A model generated the notes under the pieces. It was given only the letters and a program-made list of their open reading frames with translations, had not been told where the DNA came from and ran no database searches. A DNA stretch of 64,000 nt, from the IMG/VR virus record IMGVR_UViG_3300000944_000005, positions 46,039-110,038 of that record; one strand, given 5' to 3'. Below are positions 9,813 to 18,333 of this stretch, piece after piece; positions within the stretch are counted from its first letter, which is position 1, and every line of letters begins with the position of its first letter. Source of the DNA: a virus. The position numbers and the translations under genes are program-made.

Positions 9813-10924
9813 GATTGCAACTGCACCAATTCTGTTGAGACGTCTTTCCACGCAAAGTTACGACCGAGTCCTGGTACTGCCGGACTACAGCTCGTCTTAT
9901 ACTTGTAAGGACGTTTCTGGTCATTGTACTCAGTACGGAACTGAAGCCTAGCCTCGGCCGCATTATCTGCCTCACAGACAAACTTAATCGGATCCGGTGC
10001 TTTATCGCCTTCAAACTCCTTGAGTCGAGCCGTGACAGTCCAGAAGCGGTCACCTCGGAAATGGTGCCCGTCACGGTAAAGCCGCTCCATCTCAATCGCC
10101 AGTTTGTAGTAATCAGGATCGACCACAGCCAGTCGTTTAATCTCTTGCCGCTTCATTGCTGGGCAGAAGAAACATGCTGACTTAGGTGGAAGTGGTAGAC
10201 CATGCCGTTTGATAATATCGCGACAAGCTTCACGGTCCATACCGTAATCACGCAACGGGTACGCTACGTCGTAGCGGTCTTTGAATTTTGGAAAACCGTC
10301 TTCGTTACAAATGTTAAAGTTACCTACAGCGTAAGTATCCCCACCACCTTTAACCCGATGATCTTCCCCAGCATCGAAACCGATGCACTTTAGGACGCGT
10401 TGTCCGCGAAGCCACGTTTGCCGGAGTGGTTCCGCGCGGAGTCATATCGGCTCCTGTGCTTCGATTTTCCATTTGACCGAGCAACTCTTACGCCCAAAGG
10501 CGATCCCAGGTAATGTGTAGTTTGCGAGCATGTTACCAACAATACCGTCGGACATGCGTACAATGTCCTCTTCTGTGATTGTCCGTAACTGTAAACGGTC
10601 AACAGCTTCGCGGACAGAATCTGCGTACTTTTTCGACGTCTTTGGAAGAGGTTGATACCGACATTCTTGGGGTGTCGGGTAACCGTGCTTATCTAAGTAC
10701 TCAGCGAACACGTCGCCGAACTCGTAGGTACCGATCTCTTCACCCATTGAAGGATCAGGTCGGCGTTTCTCACCGCCATGGTCTGCGCTGGTAATCAAAT
10801 CAATTGGGATACCGCGTTCGATATCGGCCAGTATCATTGCAGTAGAATTCCACCCTTTACCGTGACATACTGCTCTTGCTGGTGTCTCTCTTGGTTTATT
10901 CTGAAACCATGTAGACTCAATCAT
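9809..10924 (-). CDS. PAPS-reductase-like (adenine nucleotide alpha hydrolase family) protein interrupted by one in-frame TGA at 10442-10444
   Basis: ORFs 10442..11011 and 9809..10255 share a frame and are separated only by one TGA. Joined protein (371 aa) has HGKGWNSTAM, ADHGGE, SCSVKWKI, IGFDAGE, YPLRDYGMDREAC and PPKSACFFCP. Confidence 0.75.
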
Positions 10925-11555
10925 TAAATTTCTTTCGAAAATAAGCCAAACGTTTTTCTGCGTAGCTGTGAGATATACCCATAGCGTCTGCCAACGATCG
11001 GGCAGTGACACGTATTTGTTGTTTACTTAACCTTGCGACTGCGTCAGTCAATCGTTTGTCTGCATCAACTTTTTTACGTAACCGTTGGTTCGGTGGTGGT
11101 GTTTTAAACGACAAGTCTGGGTGATCGTGTGGACAGAAACCATAAAACCCAATTGCCTGGTTACAGTTATGGCATAGTACCCTAAAACCGTCAGGGTAAT
11201 CGTGCTTATTTAACCACCGATAAAGATGACCTTTGATCTCTTTACGATGAGTGTTACCGTTACCCTCAATGTGGTCGATTGAAAGAAATTCATAGGTGTC
11301 TTCACCACAACATTCACATACTGGTTTTACAGTACCAGAATAATGTTGTAACACTCGATAACGTAAGCGTTGACGGCTACGTGTATTTGCTTTCGTGGAA
11401 TCGGTCTTCCCGCCACGTTTACGCGAGGCTTGTTCGCATTCCCGGCATTGACTTCGACGATAACCAGGCCCTGATTTGTTAAACGAAATTATAGATCGAC
11501 GTTTTTTGCATTCAGGGCAGACTTTAAAACGACGCCCTGCTTCTTTAAATGGCAT
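10917..11555 (-). CDS. free-standing HNH endonuclease (probable homing endonuclease) with Zn ribbons and C-terminal HTH
   Basis: CECCG, LSIDHIEGNG, RVLCHNCN motifs; next to the RNR gene. Confidence 0.8.
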   Translation of the reverse strand: MPFKEAGRRFKVCPECKKRRSIISFNKSGPGYRRSQCRECEQASRKRGGKTDSTKANTRSRQRLRYRVLQHYSGTVKPVCECCGEDTYEFLSIDHIEGNGNTHRKEIKGHLYRWLNKHDYPDGFRVLCHNCNQAIGFYGFCPHDHPDLSFKTPPPNQRLRKKVDADKRLTDAVARLSKQQIRVTARSLADAMGISHSYAEKRLAYFRKKFND

Positions 11556-11564
11556 TTGTATCCT

Positions 11565-11604
11565 CCGGATGTGTTATTCCATAGTATACAGAAAACACAT
11601 CCGG
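11565..11604 (-). promoter_or_regulatory. 11-bp hairpin overlapping the Shine-Dalgarno of the HNH gene
   Basis: CCGGATGTGTT-18 nt-AACACATCCGG; the 3' arm on the minus strand includes the first GG of GGAGGA, 5 nt before the ATG. Confidence 0.5.
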
Positions 11605-11695
11605 TAAACAAAGACCAAAAGACAGCGGGGTTACAGACCAAGTGTAAATAAAATCCTTGAGTCCTCCCCCGCCGCCAATCTATCAATCGAGTCGC

Positions 11696-13672
11696 TTACT
11701 TCACAGGACATTGACCTGAAGAGCAGTCTTCTAACGCGAAATCATGGATACCGTGTAGTTGGCTCCAGTCAACTGGGCCAAGTTTTGAAACATACTCCCG
11801 GTATGGTTCTTCTGTCGTCACTTCTTGCGGAAGGTAAGCGTAACCTAAATCCTTCGCTGTCTTGGTAGGATCGTTACGCATCAACCATGACACTGCCACG
11901 AAGTCGTTCCAGTTACGGTACAACCACTCGACAATCTCGTCCAATTCAGACCTGTCCCACGACACAGTGATCGAAGTATTGTGATCGGTCCACAGAGTGT
12001 TCCAACGACGATACGTTTCGAGTTGCTTAATCGCAGAATCTTGATTCACTTCCTTACCGTCGACAACGTCAAAGTCACACCCAGAAAACTCTACTGGGAA
12101 ACAGATCAGTTTGTTGTTGGCGTCAGTCGGGTTATCCATGACGGAGTAACCAGCCTTAGCCAACATGTCTACGATAGGATCATCCTTGGAGAAGTTGATG
12201 TTGTTGAAGATATACCGACCAAGTGGTTTGTGGATACCTTCTGTCACATCCAGGATCTTCGACCCCGTTCCCTCAGGTTTGATTGTAGTCACCAGTTTAG
12301 GTTTTGGTAGCCCTAACTCGTCAGCCATGGAGTAAGCGCCCCACATGGCTGCGTTACGCATCTGTTTGATCTGGTAGTCCGTAAACCAGTTCGCTTGCGC
12401 AAGCCCAGTCAACGACATACCACAGAGACGTAAGGCCGCATTCGTCTGATCCCACTCCGGTCGTAATGTACCGTCGACGAGATCCACACAGGTTTGGCGG
12501 TAATTCGCTCGACCCATGATGTGCAACGCCCGCAGTAAACCTGCGAAGTCGTTCTTGAACTTTGGTGCGGCCGTGGTTACTAAGTTACAGAAACCACCTG
12601 CCGGAAGCAGGATCTCTGCACAAGGATTGAGTCCATCAAACCAAGGAGCCCGATTACGTGCTGCCTCTCCGTTGATGAACCCGGGTTCCGAACCACCACA
12701 GTCCCAAATCAACTGCATGATACTACGAATTTCTCGTTTCGTAGGTTTCTGCCAGAACACAACCGAGTTGTTAGATTGTTGACGGTGAGCATTGTCGTGC
12801 TCCCACCATTTGTTCTTAGCCATTGCGAACTGTTTCCATCGCGGATGTTTATAATCCATTACGGCGATCTGCGCTGATCGTCGCGATGATAAGACAGTCC
12901 CTAACCAATTCACTACATCCAACAGATCAATCTCGTCCAGTAGTTCGCCGGCCTTTGCGTTCATGATCTTGAAGATCGCCTTGTAAGCATCGACTAACGG
13001 TTCGGATCCATTACAGATCCAGCCGTAACCTTTAAGTCGCTTACCTGGCCCACGTACGTCGGTGAAATCAATCGTCAGTTTGTTAACCTTCGACTTGGGT
13101 GGGTTGAGTAGTTTACCTGCACTCTTCGCCCAAGCTTCAGCTGAATCACCGATCTTGATGTACCACTCGTAGTTGTTTTCCGCTGTCGGCTTCACCTCTT
13201 TGTTAGCCGGATCTCCTTTATGATCCGGTGGTTGATTAGATGGATGAATCTCCAAGTCTGGAATCTTCTGAAGGAACCCGTGAAGGTTACCTGTCAACGG
13301 TCGAAAACCCACACCGCATCCGTTGAGTAATAACCAGAAAATATCGACGATCTGGTAAACGGAATTCGCGTGGGTGTAAGAGCAATTGAACTGAGAACAG
13401 GCGCGTGACCGAGAGTACTCGGTACCACCTAACCAAAGTGTACGACCAGCTACTAATGCTTTGCGGTCCAACACGAGGTCGTGTAGTTCCTGCAGTTCAT
13501 CAGTGTTTGGTGTTCCTCCGGCTCCCTCCCATAAATCTTTGTGATGATCAATCGTTGATCGTTGTACAGTTTCCTGCCAGGTTTCAAGAACCTTTCCGTC
13601 CTCGTCTTTAGGACGATTGTAAGTGCGTCGCGTAACGGCTTCAGCGCGAGCACTTGGCGCAATTGTAGACAT
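11696..13672 (-). CDS. nrdJ: class II (AdoCbl-dependent) ribonucleotide reductase
   Basis: RTYNRP, GRTLWLGG, FNCS, NGCGVGF, NPCAEI, FCNL, TTIKPEGTGS and C-terminal CxxxxCP; no beta subunit nearby. Confidence 0.92.
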   Translation of the reverse strand: MSTIAPSARAEAVTRRTYNRPKDEDGKVLETWQETVQRSTIDHHKDLWEGAGGTPNTDELQELHDLVLDRKALVAGRTLWLGGTEYSRSRACSQFNCSYTHANSVYQIVDIFWLLLNGCGVGFRPLTGNLHGFLQKIPDLEIHPSNQPPDHKGDPANKEVKPTAENNYEWYIKIGDSAEAWAKSAGKLLNPPKSKVNKLTIDFTDVRGPGKRLKGYGWICNGSEPLVDAYKAIFKIMNAKAGELLDEIDLLDVVNWLGTVLSSRRSAQIAVMDYKHPRWKQFAMAKNKWWEHDNAHRQQSNNSVVFWQKPTKREIRSIMQLIWDCGGSEPGFINGEAARNRAPWFDGLNPCAEILLPAGGFCNLVTTAAPKFKNDFAGLLRALHIMGRANYRQTCVDLVDGTLRPEWDQTNAALRLCGMSLTGLAQANWFTDYQIKQMRNAAMWGAYSMADELGLPKPKLVTTIKPEGTGSKILDVTEGIHKPLGRYIFNNINFSKDDPIVDMLAKAGYSVMDNPTDANNKLICFPVEFSGCDFDVVDGKEVNQDSAIKQLETYRRWNTLWTDHNTSITVSWDRSELDEIVEWLYRNWNDFVAVSWLMRNDPTKTAKDLGYAYLPQEVTTEEPYREYVSKLGPVDWSQLHGIHDFALEDCSSGQCPVK

Positions 13673-13782
13673 AAAAACGTCAATCCTTTCAAGTACCCCA
13701 GAAAATTGGGGTGGTTAAGATATTTCCAACTAACAAGCTGGCCAGTATACTGGGGCTTGGGTGGAAAAGGTAGATCAGGAAA

Positions 13783-13855
13783 TACGGGTGGAGGGACTCG
13801 AACCCCCAACTATTGGCTTTGAAAGCCACTACTCTACCAATTGAGTTACACCCGC
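13783..13855 (-). tRNA. tRNA with anticodon UCA (opal suppressor / tRNA-Trp(UCA)-like)
   Basis: Minus strand GCGGGTG TA ACTC AATTGGTA GAGT A GTGGC TTTCAAA GCCAA TAGTT GGGGG TTCGAGT CCCTC CACCCGT A folds as a standard cloverleaf. Anticodon loop is UU-UCA-AA, variable loop is short, CCA is not encoded. Confidence 0.92.
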
Positions 13856-13983
13856 GTATCAATCCTAATTTTTACAAGGAACAGAAAATGAAAGACACAT
13901 GATCTAATCAACACGAACCAGGTAAAGTTGTACTATCACTCAACCTTCCAGCCCTTGAAAGACTTTTAGGTGGCGATTCTGAA

Positions 13984-14490
13984 TTGGAGGTTGAGTTGCG
14001 ACAACAGGTCGCGAATTCTTTTGCTGGGAAGCATCTGAAATCTTTACTCAACACCAAGATGGTGAAAGACAGTCTCGCTGATGCACAGTCCGATGTCAAC
14101 AAGTTAGTAGAAGCTGGGCGTAAAGAAGCCCGAAAATATCTAGCTAAACAAGTTGGTGAAATCAAAAAACGGAACTGGCGCGAAGAGGTTGAACTTAATG
14201 ATAAGTTCAAAAACAAAATCTGTCAAAAAATGCGTAAAGCTGCTGAAGACGCGATCCCTCTTGATACGATCGTCGAGAAATTAAACGAACGTACTGAGTA
14301 CTTAAAAGATCACTTTGATCAACGGATAAAAAAAGCAGTACGCGCGTACATGGATGATGGTTTTAAGAAAGCAGTAGACGCTGAAGTTCAACGAATCATC
14401 AGTAACGCTTTCGACATCGGACGTGACCGTAACGATAAGTCACGCGTTGTTCTCGTTGACCCACCTACTCCTTCGACAGAGTCAGCGTAA
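13984..14490 (+). CDS. hypothetical helical/coiled-coil protein
   Basis: 168-aa Lys-rich ORF on the minority strand, followed by a hairpin; start uncertain. Confidence 0.6.
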   Translation: MEVELRQQVANSFAGKHLKSLLNTKMVKDSLADAQSDVNKLVEAGRKEARKYLAKQVGEIKKRNWREEVELNDKFKNKICQKMRKAAEDAIPLDTIVEKLNERTEYLKDHFDQRIKKAVRAYMDDGFKKAVDAEVQRIISNAFDIGRDRNDKSRVVLVDPPTPSTESA

Positions 14491-14665
14491 CCGACTCTGG
14501 GAATTCTTTACTCTCAGCTACTTCCCCCAGCAATTGCTGGGGGATGTAGATGTTCAACGCCTCGCCAGTACTTTCACAAGTACCTGCGTAACGTACACCG
14601 CCAGATCCTTTAGGTCGACGGTCCAGGTTTAGTTTCACTTTCTTTTGTGCCACAATTGTCTCCAC
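14465..14665 (-). CDS. hypothetical protein
   Basis: 66-aa ORF. Confidence 0.5.
   Translation of the reverse strand: METIVAQKKVKLNLDRRPKGSGGVRYAGTCESTGEALNIYIPQQLLGEVAESKEFPESVTLTLSKE
14519..14548. terminator. GC-rich hairpin downstream of the plus-strand ORF, inside the convergent minus-strand ORF
   Basis: TACTTCCCCCAGC-AATT-GCTGGGGGATGTA. Confidence 0.45.
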
Positions 14666-14897
14666 AACAAATTTGGAATAGTTGATTTAAAAGTTGCCGA
14701 CCCTCGATAGGATCATGCATTAAGTCGCTCGACTCAGTGTAGAACTGTTGTTGTCCTGCTGCGTCGAAGACACTCAGGTAATCACCTGAAGGTAAAGCAT
14801 CCGGGTCGTCATGATCTAACCACCCAGATCGAATCTCCATCCCGTTCTGTAACACGATGACGTACTCGTTAGTTGTATCATCAAAATGGGATGTCAT
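14610..14897 (-). CDS. hypothetical protein
   Basis: 95-aa ORF. Confidence 0.5.
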   Translation of the reverse strand: MTSHFDDTTNEYVIVLQNGMEIRSGWLDHDDPDALPSGDYLSVFDAAGQQQFYTESSDLMHDPIEGRQLLNQLFQICCGDNCGTKESETKPGPST

Positions 14898-15423
14898 TGG
14901 AGTTCTCTGGTGGATCTACTTGCACCTGCCGTAATGGTCTTGCGTTCACATCGTTTTTGACATCTTCCCACGCACGTATGACGCTGTCGCGACGATCACG
15001 TAGTTCTTGAATAAACTTCTCTGTTGCAGGTACGTCCATCTGATCAGTGTTAAACAAAGATGGAGCGCCAGGAATGTCGTTGAGTGATGCAAGACTACGG
15101 AAAGTAGCTAACCCTGTTTCGAGTTGAGTTATTTGTTCGTCCAACTGTTGGCGGATCAACCACGGAAACCCGAAGTCTTTATGTAAAACATATAATGGTT
15201 TACCGTCAACCAGTTTTGTGACAGTAATGTTGTAATTACCTTCTTCCAGCAATGTCGCGATCTCACCACGACTCGCTTTACAAAATTTTTGGAAGAAATG
15301 TAGGATCAATTGCAGTAATGAATCCGTAGACGTGTAATACGACGTCTTCAACCCCATGTTATAATCACTAGCATAACCGGAGAAGATATAGGTGGTCTCG
15401 TCATTTTTGTTGCTGTTGCTCAT
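14881..15423 (-). CDS. hypothetical protein ending in SSB-like DIPF tail
   Basis: Start adjusted to MSNSNK; C-terminus is PPENSNDIPF. Confidence 0.6.
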   Translation of the reverse strand: MSNSNKNDETTYIFSGYASDYNMGLKTSYYTSTDSLLQLILHFFQKFCKASRGEIATLLEEGNYNITVTKLVDGKPLYVLHKDFGFPWLIRQQLDEQITQLETGLATFRSLASLNDIPGAPSLFNTDQMDVPATEKFIQELRDRRDSVIRAWEDVKNDVNARPLRQVQVDPPENSNDIPF

Positions 15424-15596
15424 ATATTTTGATCTGTCGTTGAACACGATCGTGGTCGTACTGTCCGGTGTCTGGGTCGACCCAACCACGACAGTCCAAA
15501 GTCTCATGCACAACTTGTGCAATTATTGGTTCCAGTTTCACGTGTGGAAGTAACAAAAGTATTATCGCACAAGGATCCACACAACCCCAAGTACCG

Positions 15597-15950
15597 TTAT
15601 TCGTTGTCGGACTTTCGATTGCAGTGGTCCTCCTTAACGGTGTTTCCGTCAATCTCACCTTCGTTGTAGGCATTAGCTGCCTTGTCCAATACTTCCTGTG
15701 TAATCTTCCCCGACGCAAGAGCGATCATGTAAATCGGATTGTTTAGCATCTCTGCAAAAACAGCCGCGTGACCGGGTGTCTTGTGCTCTAACGGAACACC
15801 TTTGAGTACTGTATTTGACCCGTCGTCCAAGTAAAAATCTTGGGGTCGGGTAGTACTACCTTCAACCACAGTCGCGGTCCCGATTCTTTTACCAAGACCG
15901 CGATCGGGTGAATGCAAGTTTGCGGGTAAATCACGACGTTTTGGAATCAT
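15597..15950 (-). CDS. hypothetical protein
   Basis: ORF from MIPKRR. Confidence 0.5.
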   Translation of the reverse strand: MIPKRRDLPANLHSPDRGLGKRIGTATVVEGSTTRPQDFYLDDGSNTVLKGVPLEHKTPGHAAVFAEMLNNPIYMIALASGKITQEVLDKAANAYNEGEIDGNTVKEDHCNRKSDNE

Positions 15951-16785
15951 TTGGTTTTTGCAACAACACCCAGGTGGTTTTGATGTTAGTACCGGACGCT
16001 TTGAACGTCCCTTCCGGAAGGTAACCGTAGTTCTCGCCTCCACGATCGTGTTGCTCACCGTTCTCTTTCACAAAATTACGGAAAGCGTCCGCCTTCTTCG
16101 TACCATAGAATCTCCACCCTGGAGCCATGATAGCGATGAGCTTACCACCAGGTTTGAGAAACTCGAACGCGTGAAGTACGTGGTCGATATCCTGACCCCG
16201 TGTGAATGGTGGATTCATTATGACATAGTCGACTGCGCCGTCTATATCCTCCAACGTAACGTCCAGAAAATCACCTTCATTGACAATATTACAAGTCAAC
16301 TCAGTTTTCAAGTGTTTGACTCGCTTCGGATCCAACTCGACTGCGATGATCTGGAAATTCATACTTTCTGCAGATTCGATATCCATGAGTGGACCAATCA
16401 TATTACCTAACCCGGCTGAAGGCTCCAGGAAACGTAGCGTGAGGTCCTTATCCGACGGGATATCCAACTTCTCGATCAGATCCTCCACAACCAACTCTGG
16501 TGTGTCGAACTGCTGAAACGCTTTCTTGAGATCAATGTACGTACCAGTCTCTCCGGCTGCGATCATCGACGCTTTCGCGTCTTCGTCTTCAAAGATGATG
16601 GCCGCGGCCTTACGATTCCATTTACCACCGCAGGCCTCCATGACCTTCTTGACTTTTTGGTAGAGTTTGGCGTCAAGTTGAGGCATTGTGAAATGTAACC
16701 CTTCCCAACCACCAGACTCGATAGCGTCACGGACTTCTTCTCCAATGGCTTTTGCGCCTACATCTTTTGTTTTTGTTTTTGTCAT
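15931..16785 (-). CDS. N6-adenine DNA methyltransferase
   Basis: Motif I FLEPSAGLG and motif IV IMNPPF; GGAAG SD before MTKTKT. Confidence 0.85.
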   Translation of the reverse strand: MTKTKTKDVGAKAIGEEVRDAIESGGWEGLHFTMPQLDAKLYQKVKKVMEACGGKWNRKAAAIIFEDEDAKASMIAAGETGTYIDLKKAFQQFDTPELVVEDLIEKLDIPSDKDLTLRFLEPSAGLGNMIGPLMDIESAESMNFQIIAVELDPKRVKHLKTELTCNIVNEGDFLDVTLEDIDGAVDYVIMNPPFTRGQDIDHVLHAFEFLKPGGKLIAIMAPGWRFYGTKKADAFRNFVKENGEQHDRGGENYGYLPEGTFKASGTNIKTTWVLLQKPNDSKTS

Positions 16786-16825
16786 GTTACTTCCTTCGTT
16801 AAATTGATTTCTAATAAAATTGTAA

Positions 16826-17629
16826 TTAATCACTGTCTCGCAAACGAATCTGCCGACAATCTTTTTCGTGAGCTGTAACTTTTGGCGAGCAAGGTCCTTG
16901 AATTAAATTACTGTCATCATCAAACACACCACCAATAACATGAGTGAATTTGGGGTGAGAATCACAGAAACCAATGTGCCAAGTACCTTCTTTCCAAAAA
17001 CCGTTGTACCAGCTACCGGAGTACCAGATACCACTTAACCAAGTACCCGACTGCCAAGTACCTGACCTCCAAGTACCTGTTTTCCAGACACCACTTGCCC
17101 AATTACCATGTGACCAGTCACCTTTGTACCAAGTACCTGACCGCCAAATACCTGTTTTCCAAATACCCGTATACCAACTACCGTCTCGCCAATCACCGTT
17201 TAGCCACAAACCACCCCACCAACCACCACCTAACCAGGTACCATTTTTCCACTCACCTACTCGCCAAGTACCGTCGCACCAAGTACCGTTGTACCAAGTA
17301 CCGTTATACCAAGTACCACTTTTCCAAGTACCATTATTCCAAGTACCGTTATTCCAAGTACCTCTGTACCAAGTACCACTCCCCCAAGTGCCACTCTCCC
17401 AAGTACCACTCTCCCAAGTGCCACTCTCCCAAGTACCACTCTTCCAAGTGCCACTTTTCCAAGTACCGTTATTCCAAGTACCTCTGTACCAAGTACCACT
17501 TTTCCAAGTACCCGAATGCCAAGTAACATGGTTAGTACGAGAATTTACAGTAACAACTGCGTCTTCAGTTTCTGCTTCTCTCAACCATACAGGCCACTCA
17601 GACTTTGGTGTTGGTTTAATATCAGACAT
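16826..17629 (-). CDS. Trp-rich pentapeptide-repeat (WxxGT) beta-solenoid protein
   Basis: 37 consecutive W-x-x-G-x units. Confidence 0.8.
   Translation of the reverse strand: MSDIKPTPKSEWPVWLREAETEDAVVTVNSRTNHVTWHSGTWKSGTWYRGTWNNGTWKSGTWKSGTWESGTWESGTWESGTWGSGTWYRGTWNNGTWNNGTWKSGTWYNGTWYNGTWCDGTWRVGEWKNGTWLGGGWWGGLWLNGDWRDGSWYTGIWKTGIWRSGTWYKGDWSHGNWASGVWKTGTWRSGTWQSGTWLSGIWYSGSWYNGFWKEGTWHIGFCDSHPKFTHVIGGVFDDDSNLIQGPCSPKVTAHEKDCRQIRLRDSD
16970..17521 (-). repeat. 15-nt-period coding tandem repeat (CCAAGTACC core on the plus strand)
   Basis: Periodic ccaagtacc; near-identical multi-unit blocks at about 17340 and 17460. Confidence 0.9.
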
Positions 17630-17945
17630 TTTTGATTAATGTTAATGTTGTCATGTCGTACACCTCTAAACAATTTCGACAGTAAAGGTAACTCGGACCA
17701 CAGTGCGACTCCCACGTATTGGTTGTCTCACACTCTGGACATAGTTGTCCATCACCTGGTTTAGGTGACCTGGGTGGTAGGATCCCTTGGTAGCCTGCGT
17801 ATCTAGCAGCGTCAAAACAATCACCTACAGTAAGCCAGGGTGGCATCAAGTGATTTGGGGCGAGTTGTATTGCTCGCGGTAACGATACACCGTTAGCGAG
17901 TTGGTCTTTGAAGTGATCAACGAGGTTTGTTGAATCATTCATCAA
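17622..17945 (-). CDS. hypothetical zinc-ribbon protein
   Basis: CPEC...CRNC. Confidence 0.6.
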   Translation of the reverse strand: MMNDSTNLVDHFKDQLANGVSLPRAIQLAPNHLMPPWLTVGDCFDAARYAGYQGILPPRSPKPGDGQLCPECETTNTWESHCGPSYLYCRNCLEVYDMTTLTLIKNV

Positions 17946-18165
17946 TCATATCCTCTGCGCGTTTACGGCAATCCGTGCACCAACCCTCTGGTAGGTGTGA
18001 CTGCGTACCCCAACTCGTTAACGGTATCTGAGTAGCAAAAACAGTATGCCCACAGAGCGATTTAGTTTTATCGTCAGTATCGCGCAGTTGTAAGTGATAA
18101 TTCCAATAGGCTTCGACACCCTCGACTACGACTAACTGGTCAGCGATTTGTTGTGGGATACTCAC
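17935..18165 (-). CDS. hypothetical protein
   Basis: 76-aa ORF coupled to its neighbours. Confidence 0.5.
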   Translation of the reverse strand: MSIPQQIADQLVVVEGVEAYWNYHLQLRDTDDKTKSLCGHTVFATQIPLTSWGTQSHLPEGWCTDCRKRAEDMIDE

Positions 18166-18333
18166 GTGTTGTACTCTTTTCGTTGACCAGGTCGATACGA
18201 TATCTTGTTGCAGTCATGTTGCGGAATGTCCTCAGTTTGCTTCAACAAAAAGACTTGACCACAACCAGCACAAGGCGCTGGGCTGCGATTTGCGGATTCA
18301 TACCGAGGACTCAACCTGACTGCAGTTTTGATG

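Noticed and set aside
13783-13855. tRNA-Sec interpretation of the UCA tRNA
   Set aside because: 73 nt, 7-bp acceptor stem and a 5-nt variable loop; it lacks the long variable arm and extended acceptor stem of tRNA-Sec.
16974-17639. Plus-strand ORFs with QVP/TKY repeats, and a second minus-frame VLG repeat ORF
   Set aside because: Shadow frames of the 15-nt repeat in the WxxGT gene.
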